Notes: a model not told the origin generated them from the letters alone. Positions 26,101 through 36,173 are shown, numbered from the stretch's first letter. The stretch: DNA of 64,000 nt from Macrostomum hystrix (GCA_950097015.1 CATNEN010000007.1:13020001-13084000); one strand, 5' to 3'. Program-made: numbers and translations.

Positions 26101-29100
26101 CTACCTTCAACCACCTCCTCAGCTCACCTTCAACCACCTCCTCAGCTCTACCTTCAACCCACCTCCTCAGCTCTACCCTTCAACACCTCCTCAGCTCTAC
26201 CTTCAACCACCTCCTCAGCTCTACCTTCAACCACCTCCTCAGCTCTACCTTCAACCACCTCCTCAGCTCTACCTTCAACCACCTCCTCAGCCTCTACCTT
26301 CAACCACCTCCTCAGCTCTACCTTCAACCACCTCCTCAGCTCTACCTTCAACCACCTCCTCAGCTCTACCTTCAACCACCTCCTCAGCTCTACCTTCAAC
26401 CACCTCCTCAGCTCTACCATTCAACCACCTCCTCATGCTCTACCTTCAACCACCTCCTCAGCTCTACCTTCAACCACCTCCTCAGCTCTACCTTCAACCA
26501 CCTCCTCAGCTCTACCTTCAACCACCTCCTCAGCTCTACCTTCAACCACCTCCTCAGCTCTACCTTCAACCACCTCCTCAGCTCTACCTTCAACCACCAT
26601 CCTCAGCTCTACCTTCAACCACCTCCTCAGCTCTACCTTCAACCACCTCCTCAGCTCTACCTTCAACCACCTCCTCAGCTCTACCTTCAACCACCTCCTC
26701 AGCTCTACCTTCAACCACCTCCTCAGCTCTACCTTCAACACCATCCTCAGCTCTACCTTCAACCACCACCTCAGCTCTACCTTCAACCACCTCCTCAGCT
26801 CTACCTTCAACCACCTCCTCAGCTCTACCTTCAACCACCTCCTCAGCTCTACCTTCAACCACCTCCTCAGCTCTACCTTCAACCACCTCCTCAGCTCTAC
26901 CTTCAACCACCTCCTCAGCTCTACCTTCAACCACCTCCCAGCTCTACCTTCAATCACCTCCTCAGCTCTACCTTCAACCACCTCCTCAGCTCTACCTTCA
27001 ACCACCTCCTCAGCTCTACCTTCAACCACCTCCTCAGCTCTAACTTCAACCACCACCTCAGCTCTACCTTCAACCACCTCCTCAGCTCTACCTTCAACCA
27101 CCTCCTCAGCTCTACCTTCAACCACCACCTCAGCTCTACCTTCAACCACCTCCTCAGCTCTACCTTCAACCACCTCCTCAGCTCTACCTTCAACCACCTC
27201 CTCAGCTCTACCTTCAACCACCTCCTCAGCTCTAACTTCAACCACCTCCTCAGCTCTACCTTCAACCACCTCCCCAGCTCTACCTTCAATCACCTCCTCA
27301 GCTCTACCTTCAACCACCTCCTCAGCTCTACCTTCAACCACCTCCTCAGCTCTACCTTCAACCACCTCCTCAGCTCTAACTTCAACCACCACCTCAGCTC
27401 TACCTTCAACCACCTCCTCAGCTCTACCTTCAACCACCTCCTCAGCTCTACCTTCAACCACCTCCTCAGCTCTACCATCAACCACCACCTCTGCTCTACC
27501 TTCAACCACCACCTCAGCTCTACCTTCAACCACCTCCTCAGCTCTACCTTCAACCACCTCCTCAGCTCTACCTTCAACCACCTCCTCAGCTCTACCTTCA
27601 ACCACCTCCTCAGCTCTACTTTCAACCACCTCCTCAGCTCTACCTTCAACCACCACCTCAGCTCTACCTTCAACCACCTCCTCAGCTCTACCTTCAACCA
27701 CCTCCTCAGCTCTACCTTCAACCACCTCCTCAGCTCTACCTTCAACCACCTCCTCAGCTCTACCTTCAACCACCTCCTCAGCTCTACCTTCAACCACCTC
27801 CTCAGCTCTACCTTCAATCACCACCTCAGCTCTACCATCAACCACCACCTCTGCTCTACCTTCAACCACCACCTCAGCTCTACCTTCAACCACCTCCTCA
27901 GCTCTACCTTCAACCACCTCCTCAGCTCTACCTTCAACCACCTCCTCAGCTCTACCTTCAACCACCTCCTCAGCTCTACCTTCAACCACCTCCTCAGCTC
28001 TACCTTCAACCACCTCCCCAGCTCTACCTTCAATCACCTCCTCAGCTCTACCTTCAACCACCTCCTCAGCTCTACCTTCAACCACCTCCTCAGCTCTACC
28101 TTCAACCACCTCCTCAGCTCTAACTTCAACCACCACCTCAGCTCTACCTTCAACCACCTCCTCAGCTCTACCTTCAACCACCTCCTCAGCTCTACCTTCA
28201 ACCACCTCCTCAGCTCTACCATCAACCACCACCTCTGCTCTACCTTCAACCACCACCTCAGCTCTACCTTCAACCACCTCCTCAGCACTGGGCCCAACCA
28301 CTGCGCCGAATTCCTCACTGCAGGCCACGGTGTCAGAGGACAGCCCGCTCGGCACGCGGGTGCTGCAGCTCTCGGCCACAGACAGGGACACGGCGCCGTT
28401 CGCGCAGCTTCGGTTCAGCCTGACTAGCAACCCGAGCGGAAAGTTCGCGATCGACCCGCCCACTGGCTGGGTGTCCGTAGCGGCCGGGCTGGACCGCGAG
28501 ACGCAGGGCTTGTACCGCCTCGGATTCTCCGTCACCGATGGCAAGTTCAGCTTCGACTCCGAGGCTGAGATCACGGTCGGGGATGTCAACGATAATGCGC
28601 CACAGTTCCTGACTACCAACTACTCATTCTCAACCCTGCCCAATATTGTGAGTCCGTGTGCACTACTGACGAGTAGCCATACGAACATTTTGCGATGATC
28701 AACTGATAAAGTTTCAAAAGGCAGTCCTGGAAGTATATATTGAAGATAAGAAACCCAAGCCAGTGAAATGCATGCAGCACAAAGAGCATCTTTTCCTTTG
28801 CTCCCTTTCCGAAGGCGCCCAACCCAGTCGGTTCTGCGATGGCCACTGACGCGGACCAGCCGGGGTCTGACAATGCAAGGCTGTCTCTCAGCCTGTCTGG
28901 CCCCGGCTCCGACATGTTCGCCGTTGACTCCGCCACCGGCCAGCTGACTGCGCGTCAGCGGCTGTCTCCTGGTGCCGAGTTTCCCGGCCTCCTGCTGACC
29001 GCCAGGGACCACGGCCGCCCAGAGCGATCGGCCACAGCCAGCTTGAATGTTCGGGTCCTGTCCGCCGACCTGCCCGTCATGAACGTCAGCGAGGTGAGCG

Positions 29101-32100
29101 ACTGGGACGGGCCTGGGATTAGTCACTTGTAACCTGCCATCTAGGGTCGAATGAGAGCCCCAATAGTTCCGTGCCGATTCGATGCGGCGCGAGTTAAGAT
29201 GGGTTATTATTCCTCTTAGGCGATCCACTGGGCATTTATTGATGTACATTGGGCCCAGTGCAGGCGACCCCTTAACCGTCTCCTACGGCCTGCTCCCGCA
29301 GCTGATCCTGCCGCTTCCGGTGACCCTTGGCGCCGGCCAGAGCCTCGTCCGAGTCGGCGCAGTCTATGGCCTTGGGGGCTTGGACAACAAGCTCTTGTTC
29401 ATTCTGTCGGGCGGCAACGGCACCGACTGGCTGTCGCTGGACTCCTCCACAGGCTGGGTCAGTCTGCGGCGCAGCCTGGACCCCGGCATGGCCGGCCAGA
29501 GGCTGCAGCTGCTGGTTGGAGCTGCCTCCGTCGCCAACTCCGCGGTGAGGGCGCCCCAGCCGACACGGCTGGTCTTCATGCTGACCGGGCCAAACCTGTA
29601 CGGACCGGTGATCGTGCCCGGAGCTTATCAGGCCAGCGTTAGCGAGGCGGCCGCGCCTGGCACGGTGCTTTTCACCATCGAGGTCAGCGATGCCGACTCC
29701 GGCATCAACGGGCAGGTGCGTTGCGTTGTTGAAATGCTAAATTGTACGACTTTCGATTTCGCTTTTGGGCCACAATTAGTTGATCAGCTGCATAATAAAG
29801 GTCATAAAAGCTGCAGAGAATAGCGGCCTAAACGGGTCCTCACCGACTTGCTGATCTTTCTGTTTCTGTCTGGCAATCTGAAAGACTCCGCATTGCACCC
29901 ACGCCCCGACAGGTGGACCTGAGTATCCAGCGAGTGACGCCCAGCCTTAGCCTGGAGCTGCGGCCCGACATGAGTCGGACTGGCACCTACCACCTGTTGC
30001 TAGGCAACGCGTCTGGCATCGACTACGAGCGGGCACGCTCGCACAGCGTGCTGCTGCTGGCGGCGGACCGCGCCTACGCCAGGCGCACCGCCGACGCCGC
30101 CCTCACTCTGCTAATCATCGACGCCAACGATTCACCCCCGCGCTTCAGTCGGCGAGAGTTCTTCGCAGCGATTCCCGAAAACTCACCGACAGGCCGCGGC
30201 CTGATTAACCTAACCGCGACCGACGCCGACGACACGCCGACCAACTCGCTGATCAACTTCAATATAACTGCGGCGGTTGCCAACGCCTCCTTGTGGCCTC
30301 TGCCGTTCTCCATATCGCCTGTCAGCGGCCTCGTGTCTGTGGCCGGCCAGCTGGACTTCGAGGCCCGCAGTTGGCACCGACTGATCGCCACCTCCTGGAA
30401 TCCCGGCGCGAGCGGCGTCGCCAGTGCCTCTGCCAGCTTGTACATTCAGGTGACGAGCGTGAACGAGTTCCCACCCAGACCGGAGCCCCCCAGCCTGCAG
30501 CTGCTGCTTAGCCCGGGCTCTGACCCGCCCGGCAAGATCCTCGGCCGGGTGCGCGCTGCGGACGCCGACTCGGGGCCGGGTGGCCGGCTCCGCTTCGCCA
30601 TTGTGGCTGCTGATCCTCCGGCGGCCGTCGCTCGCGTGACTGTCGATGCCAACACTGGTGACGTGGTCTTGGCCGCTGTGACCCCGGGTCCTGGGGCTGC
30701 AGCTGTGCGGTCGCGCTTAACTCTGGCCGTTGAGGTGCGCTTGAAGATTCAAGATTTGTTCACTTTATCTGTGCTATAGGACAAATCCGATTTTTGTTAA
30801 TCAAAAATTAAAACCCTCAAATCGCAGGTCTCGAACCCAGGACCGTACATGGCAGCACTTATTGTTGAGGTGCCGGTCAGAGTCGACATTGACGACGGCA
30901 ACGACCCACCTGTGTTTGCGAAACCAGCCTTCGAGGCTTCGATCAGCGAGGCCGCTCCTGTGGGGGCTAAAGTGACCAGAGCGGAAGCCGAGGATCTGGA
31001 CCTGGCGCCCGGCGACCGAAACTTTCGCTTCGCATTGGCCGAGGCCGGCACGCCTTTCAGCGTGGACCCGCTAACTGGACAGGTAAGCGGGCGGACACCT
31101 GAAAAGACTCTGAACTCAATTCAGAGACTTGCTTACTCCACAAGGCGGAACTCAACTCATCTCTTCCTTCACTTCCGTCACACCTGAGCAGGTGAACGTC
31201 GCCGCGCCACTGGACAGAGAGACCCAGCCTCGGTACAACTTGACCCTCCTGTCAATAGACAGCGGCTCTCCACCGCTGACGGCCACCGCACGGCTGCTAG
31301 TTACTCTGACGGACGTCAACGACTGCGGTCCAAGGTTCGAACCCTCTGTCCCAAGGCTGCGCGTGCAGGAGGGCCTCTGGCCGGGTGCGATTGTTGGCCG
31401 GCTGGCAGACTTCGCCACGGATCCTGACGAGCTCGGCCACGGAGCGCCATTCAGCTTCCGGCCAATCAACGACGACCGATTCGCCGTAGGGGCTGATGGC
31501 CTGGTAACTACCAAGGCGACGCTGGACCGCGAGCTGCTGCAGCTGGCCGCGCTGACTGTTGTTGTCACAGATGTGGGCGGCCTGTCAGCCACGCTTACCT
31601 TCCAGGTGAGTTAAGCGCTGCTTCTTTTCTCTGATTTAAACTTGCTCACTAATGAGTTCTTGGCCTTTCAGGAATTCTGAACACTTCATTGTTCATTGTT
31701 TAACTTTTATTTTGCAATCAGCCCTGTTCTCAATATTCAAATGCTGTCCATTTCAGGTGGAGATCACCGACGTAAATGATAACCCCAGCTCGAGCCGGCC
31801 GGAGTCCCTGCTCATAGCCGCCTTCCAGAGCCTTCCGCCGCGAGGCCCGTTGGCACGTCTGCTGCCCAACGACCCGGACTCAACAGGCAGCTACCAGTGC
31901 ACCCAGCTCAGCGGCCCACCCGGCCTTCTGCTGGCCGACACGTGCGAGCTCTACCTGCTGTCCACTGCAGGCCTGCAGGCCGACCTCATCTACCGGCTGG
32001 CCGTCAGGCAAAGCGACGGCCGACATCCAGCAGTCGTGTCCGACCTGACCCTCACCTTACAGAGCGTCGGGAGCGAGGCACTGACAAGCAGCGTGGTGCT

Positions 32101-35100
32101 CGCACTGGCAGCCAGCCCTGCCGCCGCCGCTGCTCAGTGGTCGCAGTTGAGCCAAGCGATCCTGCGCTCCGTGCCTACGGCCTCCCAGCCACTGCTCGTC
32201 TCGCTGGCCGCTTCCGCCGACGTCGCTGCACTCCGCGTTGCCCTACGTAAATCCTCAGCTCAGCATTCCGGCTTCGTTTCCGCAGGGACGGTTGTCGCCG
32301 CACTGACTCGGCCTGAGGCTGCGGCTGAAGTCAAAACACTCACCGGACTGAGTCTGTTGGCTGTTGAGACTCGTTTCTGCTCCGCCTACCCGTGCCTGCC
32401 GCCCCCGGCCTGGTGCAGCTTCGCACCCGTGGCCGATCTGCAGGCCCCCATCGCAGCCTGGGAGGCGGCGGCTGTAGGCCTGGCTGCCCCGGTTGTGTCT
32501 GACGTGGAGACCTGCAACTGCCCCGCAGGCACAGCCGGGCCTGGCTGCGCCTTGTCCACCGTTGGCTGCACTGCCAGCTTCTGCCTGAACGATGGCCTCT
32601 GCTTCGTGGAGACCAGCGGCGCTCGCCGCTGCCTGTGCGCCGCGCAGTTCGCCGGCGACCGCTGTCAGTTCGGCGCCCAGCAGTGTCGCGACTCGCCCTG
32701 CCGAAATGGCGCCGCCTGCCAGGACCTGGCCGGCTCCGGCGGCTTTGCCTGCGCCTGCCCTGCTGGATGGGCCGGCCGCCTCTGCGAGACCCCCGCCAAC
32801 CTCTGCGACACTAGCGGTGGCGCAACGCGCTGCCAGAACGGTGGAACCTGCCTGCCGGCATTCAATGCCTACCGCTGCGCCTGTGCCTTCGGCTTCTACG
32901 GCGAGTCCTGCGAGACGCACGCCTGGGGCTTCTACGAGGGCTCGAGCGCCGCGTTGAGTCTACGCCGGCCAACTGATTTCACTATCGAATACGAGCTTGC
33001 AACCTCGGCTGACTCCGCCCTGCTATTGATGCAGCCGCTCTCCGACTCGGCTTGGCTCAGCCTGCAGTTCAACTCAGGACGCCTGGTGTCCTCTCTCCAC
33101 CGCGACGGCCAGCCGCTGCTCTCCCGCTCGCTGACCGCAGCCTTCATCGCCCAAGCTACCTGGACTCGTCTCAGCCTCGCCCGCAACGGCCGAATTTTCA
33201 TCGTTTCCGTCACCCGTTGCGGCTCCTCTGCCTCCGATGTCTGTCAAGCCTGCCAGTCAGGCGACTGCCGCCTCACCTTCAACCTCACCGACTCCGTCGC
33301 AGCCCTCGGCACCAACCTGCTGCTTCTCGGCGGCCTCCCGGCGAGCATGCGGCACCTCCCACCCGGACTCGCCGCTTTCGACTTCGTCGGCTGCGTCCGC
33401 AGGCTTGCGCCAGACCCCAGCAGCTTCTTCACTGAAGCCGCCGTCTACAACAGCGTCTCGCGCGACTCCTGCCCGCGTCCGGACACCCCGCCCTGCTCCG
33501 TTCCCGGTGTCTGCGGAGGTTCCGGTGTGGGCGCCCGCTGTGTGGATGAGTGGTGGCGGGCCCGCTGCGACTGTCCAGCTGGTCGGTACCCACCAGCCTG
33601 CTCTCCAGTGCTCACCGGCTTTAGCCTCGGCCCCGGCAGTCAGGTGGTGTATAATCAGCGGCCAAGCTACTTGCGTGCCAGGGATGCCGGAATCAGCGTC
33701 AGTCGGCGTCGCCGTCGTGACGTCTCTCCGACAGCATCGTCGGCGAGCTCCGACTGGTCGACACTGTCAGTTAAAGTGAAAGTCACCAGTCTGACGGCCA
33801 ACCCGCAGCTTCTGATGACCAGCCGCACGTCAGCAACCCAATTCACCATGCTGCTGCTCAGCAGCGCCGGTCTGCGTGTTGTCAGCGTTAACAACTCCGT
33901 TCGCTTTGACGCCACTCACCCGGCTGCGCTAGGTGCCAATCGACCCGTGTCCGTTTCGCTGGCTCGCCGCGCTGTTACTGGCGACCTCTCGCTCGGCCTT
34001 GACACAGCCTTCGTTGGAATTGGCGGCGACAGCAGCAGTCACGACTTTCTTGGCGATGATGTGACCAGTATCGGTCTCGGCAGTGGCTCTGGCGCCGCCT
34101 TGGACAGTCGCGCACTTGCTGCATTCAGCGGCTGCGCCGCGGACCTTCGAATCAACGGTCAGCCCCTGCCAATCGGCGAGGGTCTGACCGCCCGCTTCTC
34201 TGCCAGCGTCGTCGGCTCTGTGAAAGCCAACTGCCCGAGCGATGTCTGCCTCACAACCAACTGTCAACGCGGCTTTCAATGTGCCGAGAATCCTGCCGTC
34301 TGGGGTGACGCCTCATGCGAGCGAACCGGTGGCCTCACCGACGACCAGCTGAAGGTGGCCATTGCCGTGCCTGGCGTCTTAGGCCTGCTGCTGCTCGCCC
34401 TGCTTGTCATTCTCTTCACCATTCTGCGGCGCCGCTACCGCGCCAAGGCGAAGGCATCTGCGGCTGCCTCATCAACTTCCACTGTGCTGGAGCCGAGAAT
34501 GCAGCAGCAGCACCGGCAGTTTGTCTACTCGACTCCTCAGAGCCGCGACGCTATAGGCAGCACAAAGAGCAACCAGGACAGCGGCTTTTCAGAGTCCGCC
34601 CTCATCCGCCAGCACATCCGCGCTGAGCTTGAGGCAGTGCGGGCCGCTCGCCACTTCGCCAGCGGTGGCGACGGTGGTGATTCTACCCTTGACGATGAAA
34701 ATGATGATGACGACCCGTACGAGCTGGGCCCGGCAGAACAGTACGACCTCGAAAACGCTTCCTCGATTGCCGCATCCGATGTCGACGCCCTGCGGCACTA
34801 TAGACACTTCCGCGCAGCCGGGTCGGCCATGCCGCGCCTACCGGAGGACCCGGCGACAGCAGCCGCGGCTACCGGAAGCCCCAGTCTGCAGTCTCGCGTC
34901 TACGAGCGCTGCGGCTCTGCAGCCAGCTCCGATGACTACGGCACTGCCCGTCGAGGCCCCCGCTTTCCTTTCGCCTTCCGCCAGCAACAGCTACCGCCGC
35001 CCACCGCAGCAGGCCTTACCCTGGAAGACATTCGGCGTCTCGCCCGCCGTGGCAGCCCTGCCGACGCCGTCAGCTGCTCTGACACCGACGGTGCTTCCTC

Positions 35101-35368
35101 CGGTCTGGCTGCCGCTCTGCCACCGCCACCACCGCTTCCACCGGGTCGCGTGAACCGCGGTTTCCAGCACTCCGGCAGCGTCGGCGACCCAATGAGCGAC
35201 TCGGCAGCTCAGCTGCTGCAAGGGGCCTCGCCGTCTCCGCCTCTGCAGCAGCAGCAGCTTGAGTCACTGATAGGCTGGAGCCCCTCTGTAGAATTCCAGC
35301 GCCTGGCACCGGTCTTCTCCGACCTGGGATGCCTGCCTCACAGCCTCACACAGGAGGAGTTTGTGTGA
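1..35368 (+). CDS. fat4: Fat/Fat4-like giant protocadherin, 5'-partial; 13 exons in window: <1-2153, 3410-3694, 10375-10588, 11054-11611, 20593-22119, 23100-24055, 28324-28647, 28815-29093, 29302-29715, 29913-30734, 30828-31082, 31192-31605, 31757-35368 (~3,936 aa)
   Basis: Many cadherin repeats (LDRE, DxNDNxP, AxDxD), followed by EGF repeats, two laminin-G domains, a TM helix (34355-34426) and a cytoplasmic tail. The tail has Fat/Fat4 boxes ([26 protein letters not shown]; [10 protein letters not shown]; [18 protein letters not shown]) and ends EEFV (fly Fat EEYV, FAT4 EQYV). All introns are GT-AG with matching phases. Confidence 0.9.
3410..3694 (+). CDS. fat4: Fat exon (one cadherin repeat)
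   Basis: Acceptor CGCAG|GTA; [14 protein letters not shown]...PLDRE; donor TAC|GTGAGC. Confidence 0.8.
3737..4006. repeat. 20-bp minisatellite (GGCAACCAGCTGTGCTAGTG), ~13 copies
   Basis: Read directly from sequence. Confidence 0.95.
4028..4305. repeat. 20-bp minisatellite (GTAGCGGGTGTAGTAGAGGT), ~14 copies
   Basis: Read directly from sequence. Confidence 0.95.
6104..6686. repeat. 59-bp minisatellite, ~10 copies
   Basis: GTGCAGCTCATGGGACTGGAGGCAAGGGTGTCAGGCGCATAGTGAGACTGCAGTGAGAA repeated. Confidence 0.95.
7495..7573 (-). mobile_element. tRNA-derived SINE-like element, copy 1 (Fat intron)
   Basis: Near-identical to 53094-53180; B-box-like GCTCGATTCC on the minus strand. Confidence 0.6.
9344..9547. 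repeat. 42-bp minisatellite, ~5 copies
   Basis: Unit CCTCTGGACCTGGCCACGGGACTGCAGACACCATCCCTT.. repeated. Confidence 0.9.
10113..10340. repeat. 28-bp minisatellite just upstream of a Fat acceptor
   Basis: CCTGACACTGCAAGCCTGACTCAAGCTT repeated. Confidence 0.9.
10375..10588 (+). CDS. fat4: Fat exon
   Basis: Acceptor CTGCAG|GCC; [17 protein letters not shown]; donor AG|GTGCGG, phase 1. Confidence 0.82.
10888..11038. repeat. 22-bp minisatellite just upstream of a Fat acceptor
   Basis: CTGACCCATCTGTTCATCAATA repeated. Confidence 0.92.
11054..11611 (+). CDS. fat4: Fat exon
   Basis: Acceptor CCTTAG|GC; PLDYE, DVNDNPP; donor G|GTGAGC, phase 1. Confidence 0.85.
13495..13760. repeat. Interrupted (TCTG)n microsatellite
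   Basis: TCTG runs punctuated by TCAGTGA/TGTGA. Confidence 0.92.
14182..17160. repeat. ~3-kb satellite of 11/12-bp monomers (GTATGCTGGAGT / GTATGCTTGAT) with higher-order structure
   Basis: Read directly from sequence. Confidence 0.97.
17586..18013. repeat. 60-bp minisatellite, ~7 copies
   Basis: Successive 60-nt lines are near-identical. Confidence 0.96.
18541..19318. repeat. 34-bp minisatellite, ~23 copies
   Basis: CTTCCCCCACTGTCTCACCGGCATCTTGGGACAG repeated. Confidence 0.96.
20593..22119 (+). CDS. fat4: Fat exon
   Basis: Acceptor CCGCAG|AC; about 5 cadherin repeats; donor A|GTGAGC, phase 1. Confidence 0.87.
23100..24055 (+). CDS. fat4: Fat exon
   Basis: Acceptor CCACAG|AT; [19 protein letters not shown]; donor AAG|GTTTGG. 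Confidence 0.85.
24580..28286. repeat. ~3.7-kb 24-bp minisatellite (CTCAGCTCTACCTTCAACCACCTC), ~150 copies
   Basis: Read directly from sequence; ends ~37 nt before the Fat acceptor at 28323. Confidence 0.97.
28324..28647 (+). CDS. fat4: Fat exon
   Basis: Acceptor CTGCAG|GCC; [20 protein letters not shown]; donor ATT|GTGAGT. Confidence 0.87.
28815..29093 (+). CDS. fat4: Fat exon
   Basis: Acceptor TTTCCGAAG|GCG; ATDADQPG; donor GAG|GTGAGC. Confidence 0.8.
29302..29715 (+). CDS. fat4: Fat exon
   Basis: Acceptor CCGCAG|CTG; [10 protein letters not shown]; donor CAG|GTGCGT. Confidence 0.8.
29913..30734 (+). CDS. fat4: Fat exon
   Basis: Acceptor GACAG|GTG; IDYE, DANDSPP, LDFE, SVNEFPP; donor GAG|GTGCGC. 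Confidence 0.85.
30828..31082 (+). CDS. fat4: Fat exon
   Basis: Acceptor CGCAG|GTC; DGNDPPVF; donor CAG|GTAAGC. Confidence 0.87.
31192..31605 (+). CDS. fat4: Fat exon
   Basis: Acceptor GAGCAG|GTG; two LDRE motifs; donor CAG|GTGAGT. Confidence 0.87.
31757..35368 (+). CDS. fat4: Fat terminal exon: last cadherin repeat, EGF repeats, 2 LamG, TM, cytoplasmic tail
   Basis: Acceptor TTTCAG|GTG; [16 protein letters not shown] resembles the last FAT4 repeat; EGF CxNGGxC patterns; FxGC LamG ends; stop TGA. Confidence 0.92.
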   Translation: MEITDVNDNPSSSRPESLLIAAFQSLPPRGPLARLLPNDPDSTGSYQCTQLSGPPGLLLADTCELYLLSTAGLQADLIYRLAVRQSDGRHPAVVSDLTLTLQSVGSEALTSSVVLALAASPAAAAAQWSQLSQAILRSVPTASQPLLVSLAASADVAALRVALRKSSAQHSGFVSAGTVVAALTRPEAAAEVKTLTGLSLLAVETRFCSAYPCLPPPAWCSFAPVADLQAPIAAWEAAAVGLAAPVVSDVETCNCPAGTAGPGCALSTVGCTASFCLNDGLCFVETSGARRCLCAAQFAGDRCQFGAQQCRDSPCRNGAACQDLAGSGGFACACPAGWAGRLCETPANLCDTSGGATRCQNGGTCLPAFNAYRCACAFGFYGESCETHAWGFYEGSSAALSLRRPTDFTIEYELATSADSALLLMQPLSDSAWLSLQFNSGRLVSSLHRDGQPLLSRSLTAAFIAQATWTRLSLARNGRIFIVSVTRCGSSASDVCQACQSGDCRLTFNLTDSVAALGTNLLLLGGLPASMRHLPPGLAAFDFVGCVRRLAPDPSSFFTEAAVYNSVSRDSCPRPDTPPCSVPGVCGGSGVGARCVDEWWRARCDCPAGRYPPACSPVLTGFSLGPGSQVVYNQRPSYLRARDAGISVSRRRRRDVSPTASSASSDWSTLSVKVKVTSLTANPQLLMTSRTSATQFTMLLLSSAGLRVVSVNNSVRFDATHPAALGANRPVSVSLARRAVTGDLSLGLDTAFVGIGGDSSSHDFLGDDVTSIGLGSGSGAALDSRALAAFSGCAADLRINGQPLPIGEGLTARFSASVVGSVKANCPSDVCLTTNCQRGFQCAENPAVWGDASCERTGGLTDDQLKVAIAVPGVLGLLLLALLVILFTILRRRYRAKAKASAAASSTSTVLEPRMQQQHRQFVYSTPQSRDAIGSTKSNQDSGFSESALIRQHIRAELEAVRAARHFASGGDGGDSTLDDENDDDDPYELGPAEQYDLENASSIAASDVDALRHYRHFRAAGSAMPRLPEDPATAAAATGSPSLQSRVYERCGSAASSDDYGTARRGPRFPFAFRQQQLPPPTAAGLTLEDIRRLARRGSPADAVSCSDTDGASSGLAAALPPPPPLPPGRVNRGFQHSGSVGDPMSDSAAQLLQGASPSPPLQQQQLESLIGWSPSVEFQRLAPVFSDLGCLPHSLTQEEFV

Positions 35369-36167
35369 CCGCCCTGTGCTTAGAAAATCTCCTTCCCGAG
35401 CTCCAGTTCCACTAAAAACCTGATGCAATAAGCAGATGCACTAAACAGATACAGACATCTGTAAAAAGCTATTTAACCTTATCCACATCGAATTTCTAAA
35501 GCTGAGCAATTTCCTCTAACAGATACAGATTTGGAGCTGCATGACCTCGCCTTGAACTCGGCAAAGCCTGCCTGTAAAGCAGCTTTACCGGGCCAGAGCA
35601 TCACAGAATAAGTCCCTTGTATTCACCCGCAGTGTCCACCCACCATCAAAAGCCAATCACCTTTCACACTGTACAGTATCTTACACAGTATCTATTGTAT
35701 ATAGCTGCAGTCGCTGATCGGACCTGACCTTGTACCGATGATGAAGAGAAATTGGTCTGTCATTCTGACAGGTCTTGCATTTCTGAGCAATCTCTGAATC
35801 ACACTGCTCTCACTAATCAAATGCCTAATTAGTCACAAACGGCTGCCCTTCTTTTTTGTGCATAGATTTCTCCACACGCCTTACTACAAGTAGATTGCGC
35901 AGTGTTTTTATCGGATTAATTTTCTACTGTATTTTTAGCTTTATGTTAAATTTATAAAAAAATTTATCTGCCTAACAAATTCTTTCTGATGCTCTGCCTC
36001 TGATTTTCTCTGTGGCTGTCAAATTGCGTTCAATGGCAAAAAGTGGGGTTAATATTTTTCAAATATAGGGCTGCTTTTGTTCCTCAACATTTTGACTCAC
36101 AGTTCCAGCACTGCTGAACCTAGTTACAAGTATTTTACACTGAATATAGTTTCTATTCAGTAAATCA

Positions 36168-36173
36168 AATAAA
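36168..36173 (+). terminator. Candidate polyadenylation signal of Fat
   Basis: AATAAA about 800 nt after the stop codon, in AT-rich 3' sequence. Confidence 0.35.

Noticed and set aside
26433-28619. 728-aa minus-strand ORF (EEVVEGRA)n and related (LKVELRRW)n ORFs
   Set aside because: Antisense reading of a Fat exon plus the stop-free 24-bp array.
35721-35776. Hairpin with ATGA..AA..TGA in the Fat 3' UTR (SECIS or C/D snoRNA)
   Set aside because: Spacing is too short for either, and the Fat TGA follows the conserved terminal EEFV motif, so it is a true stop.
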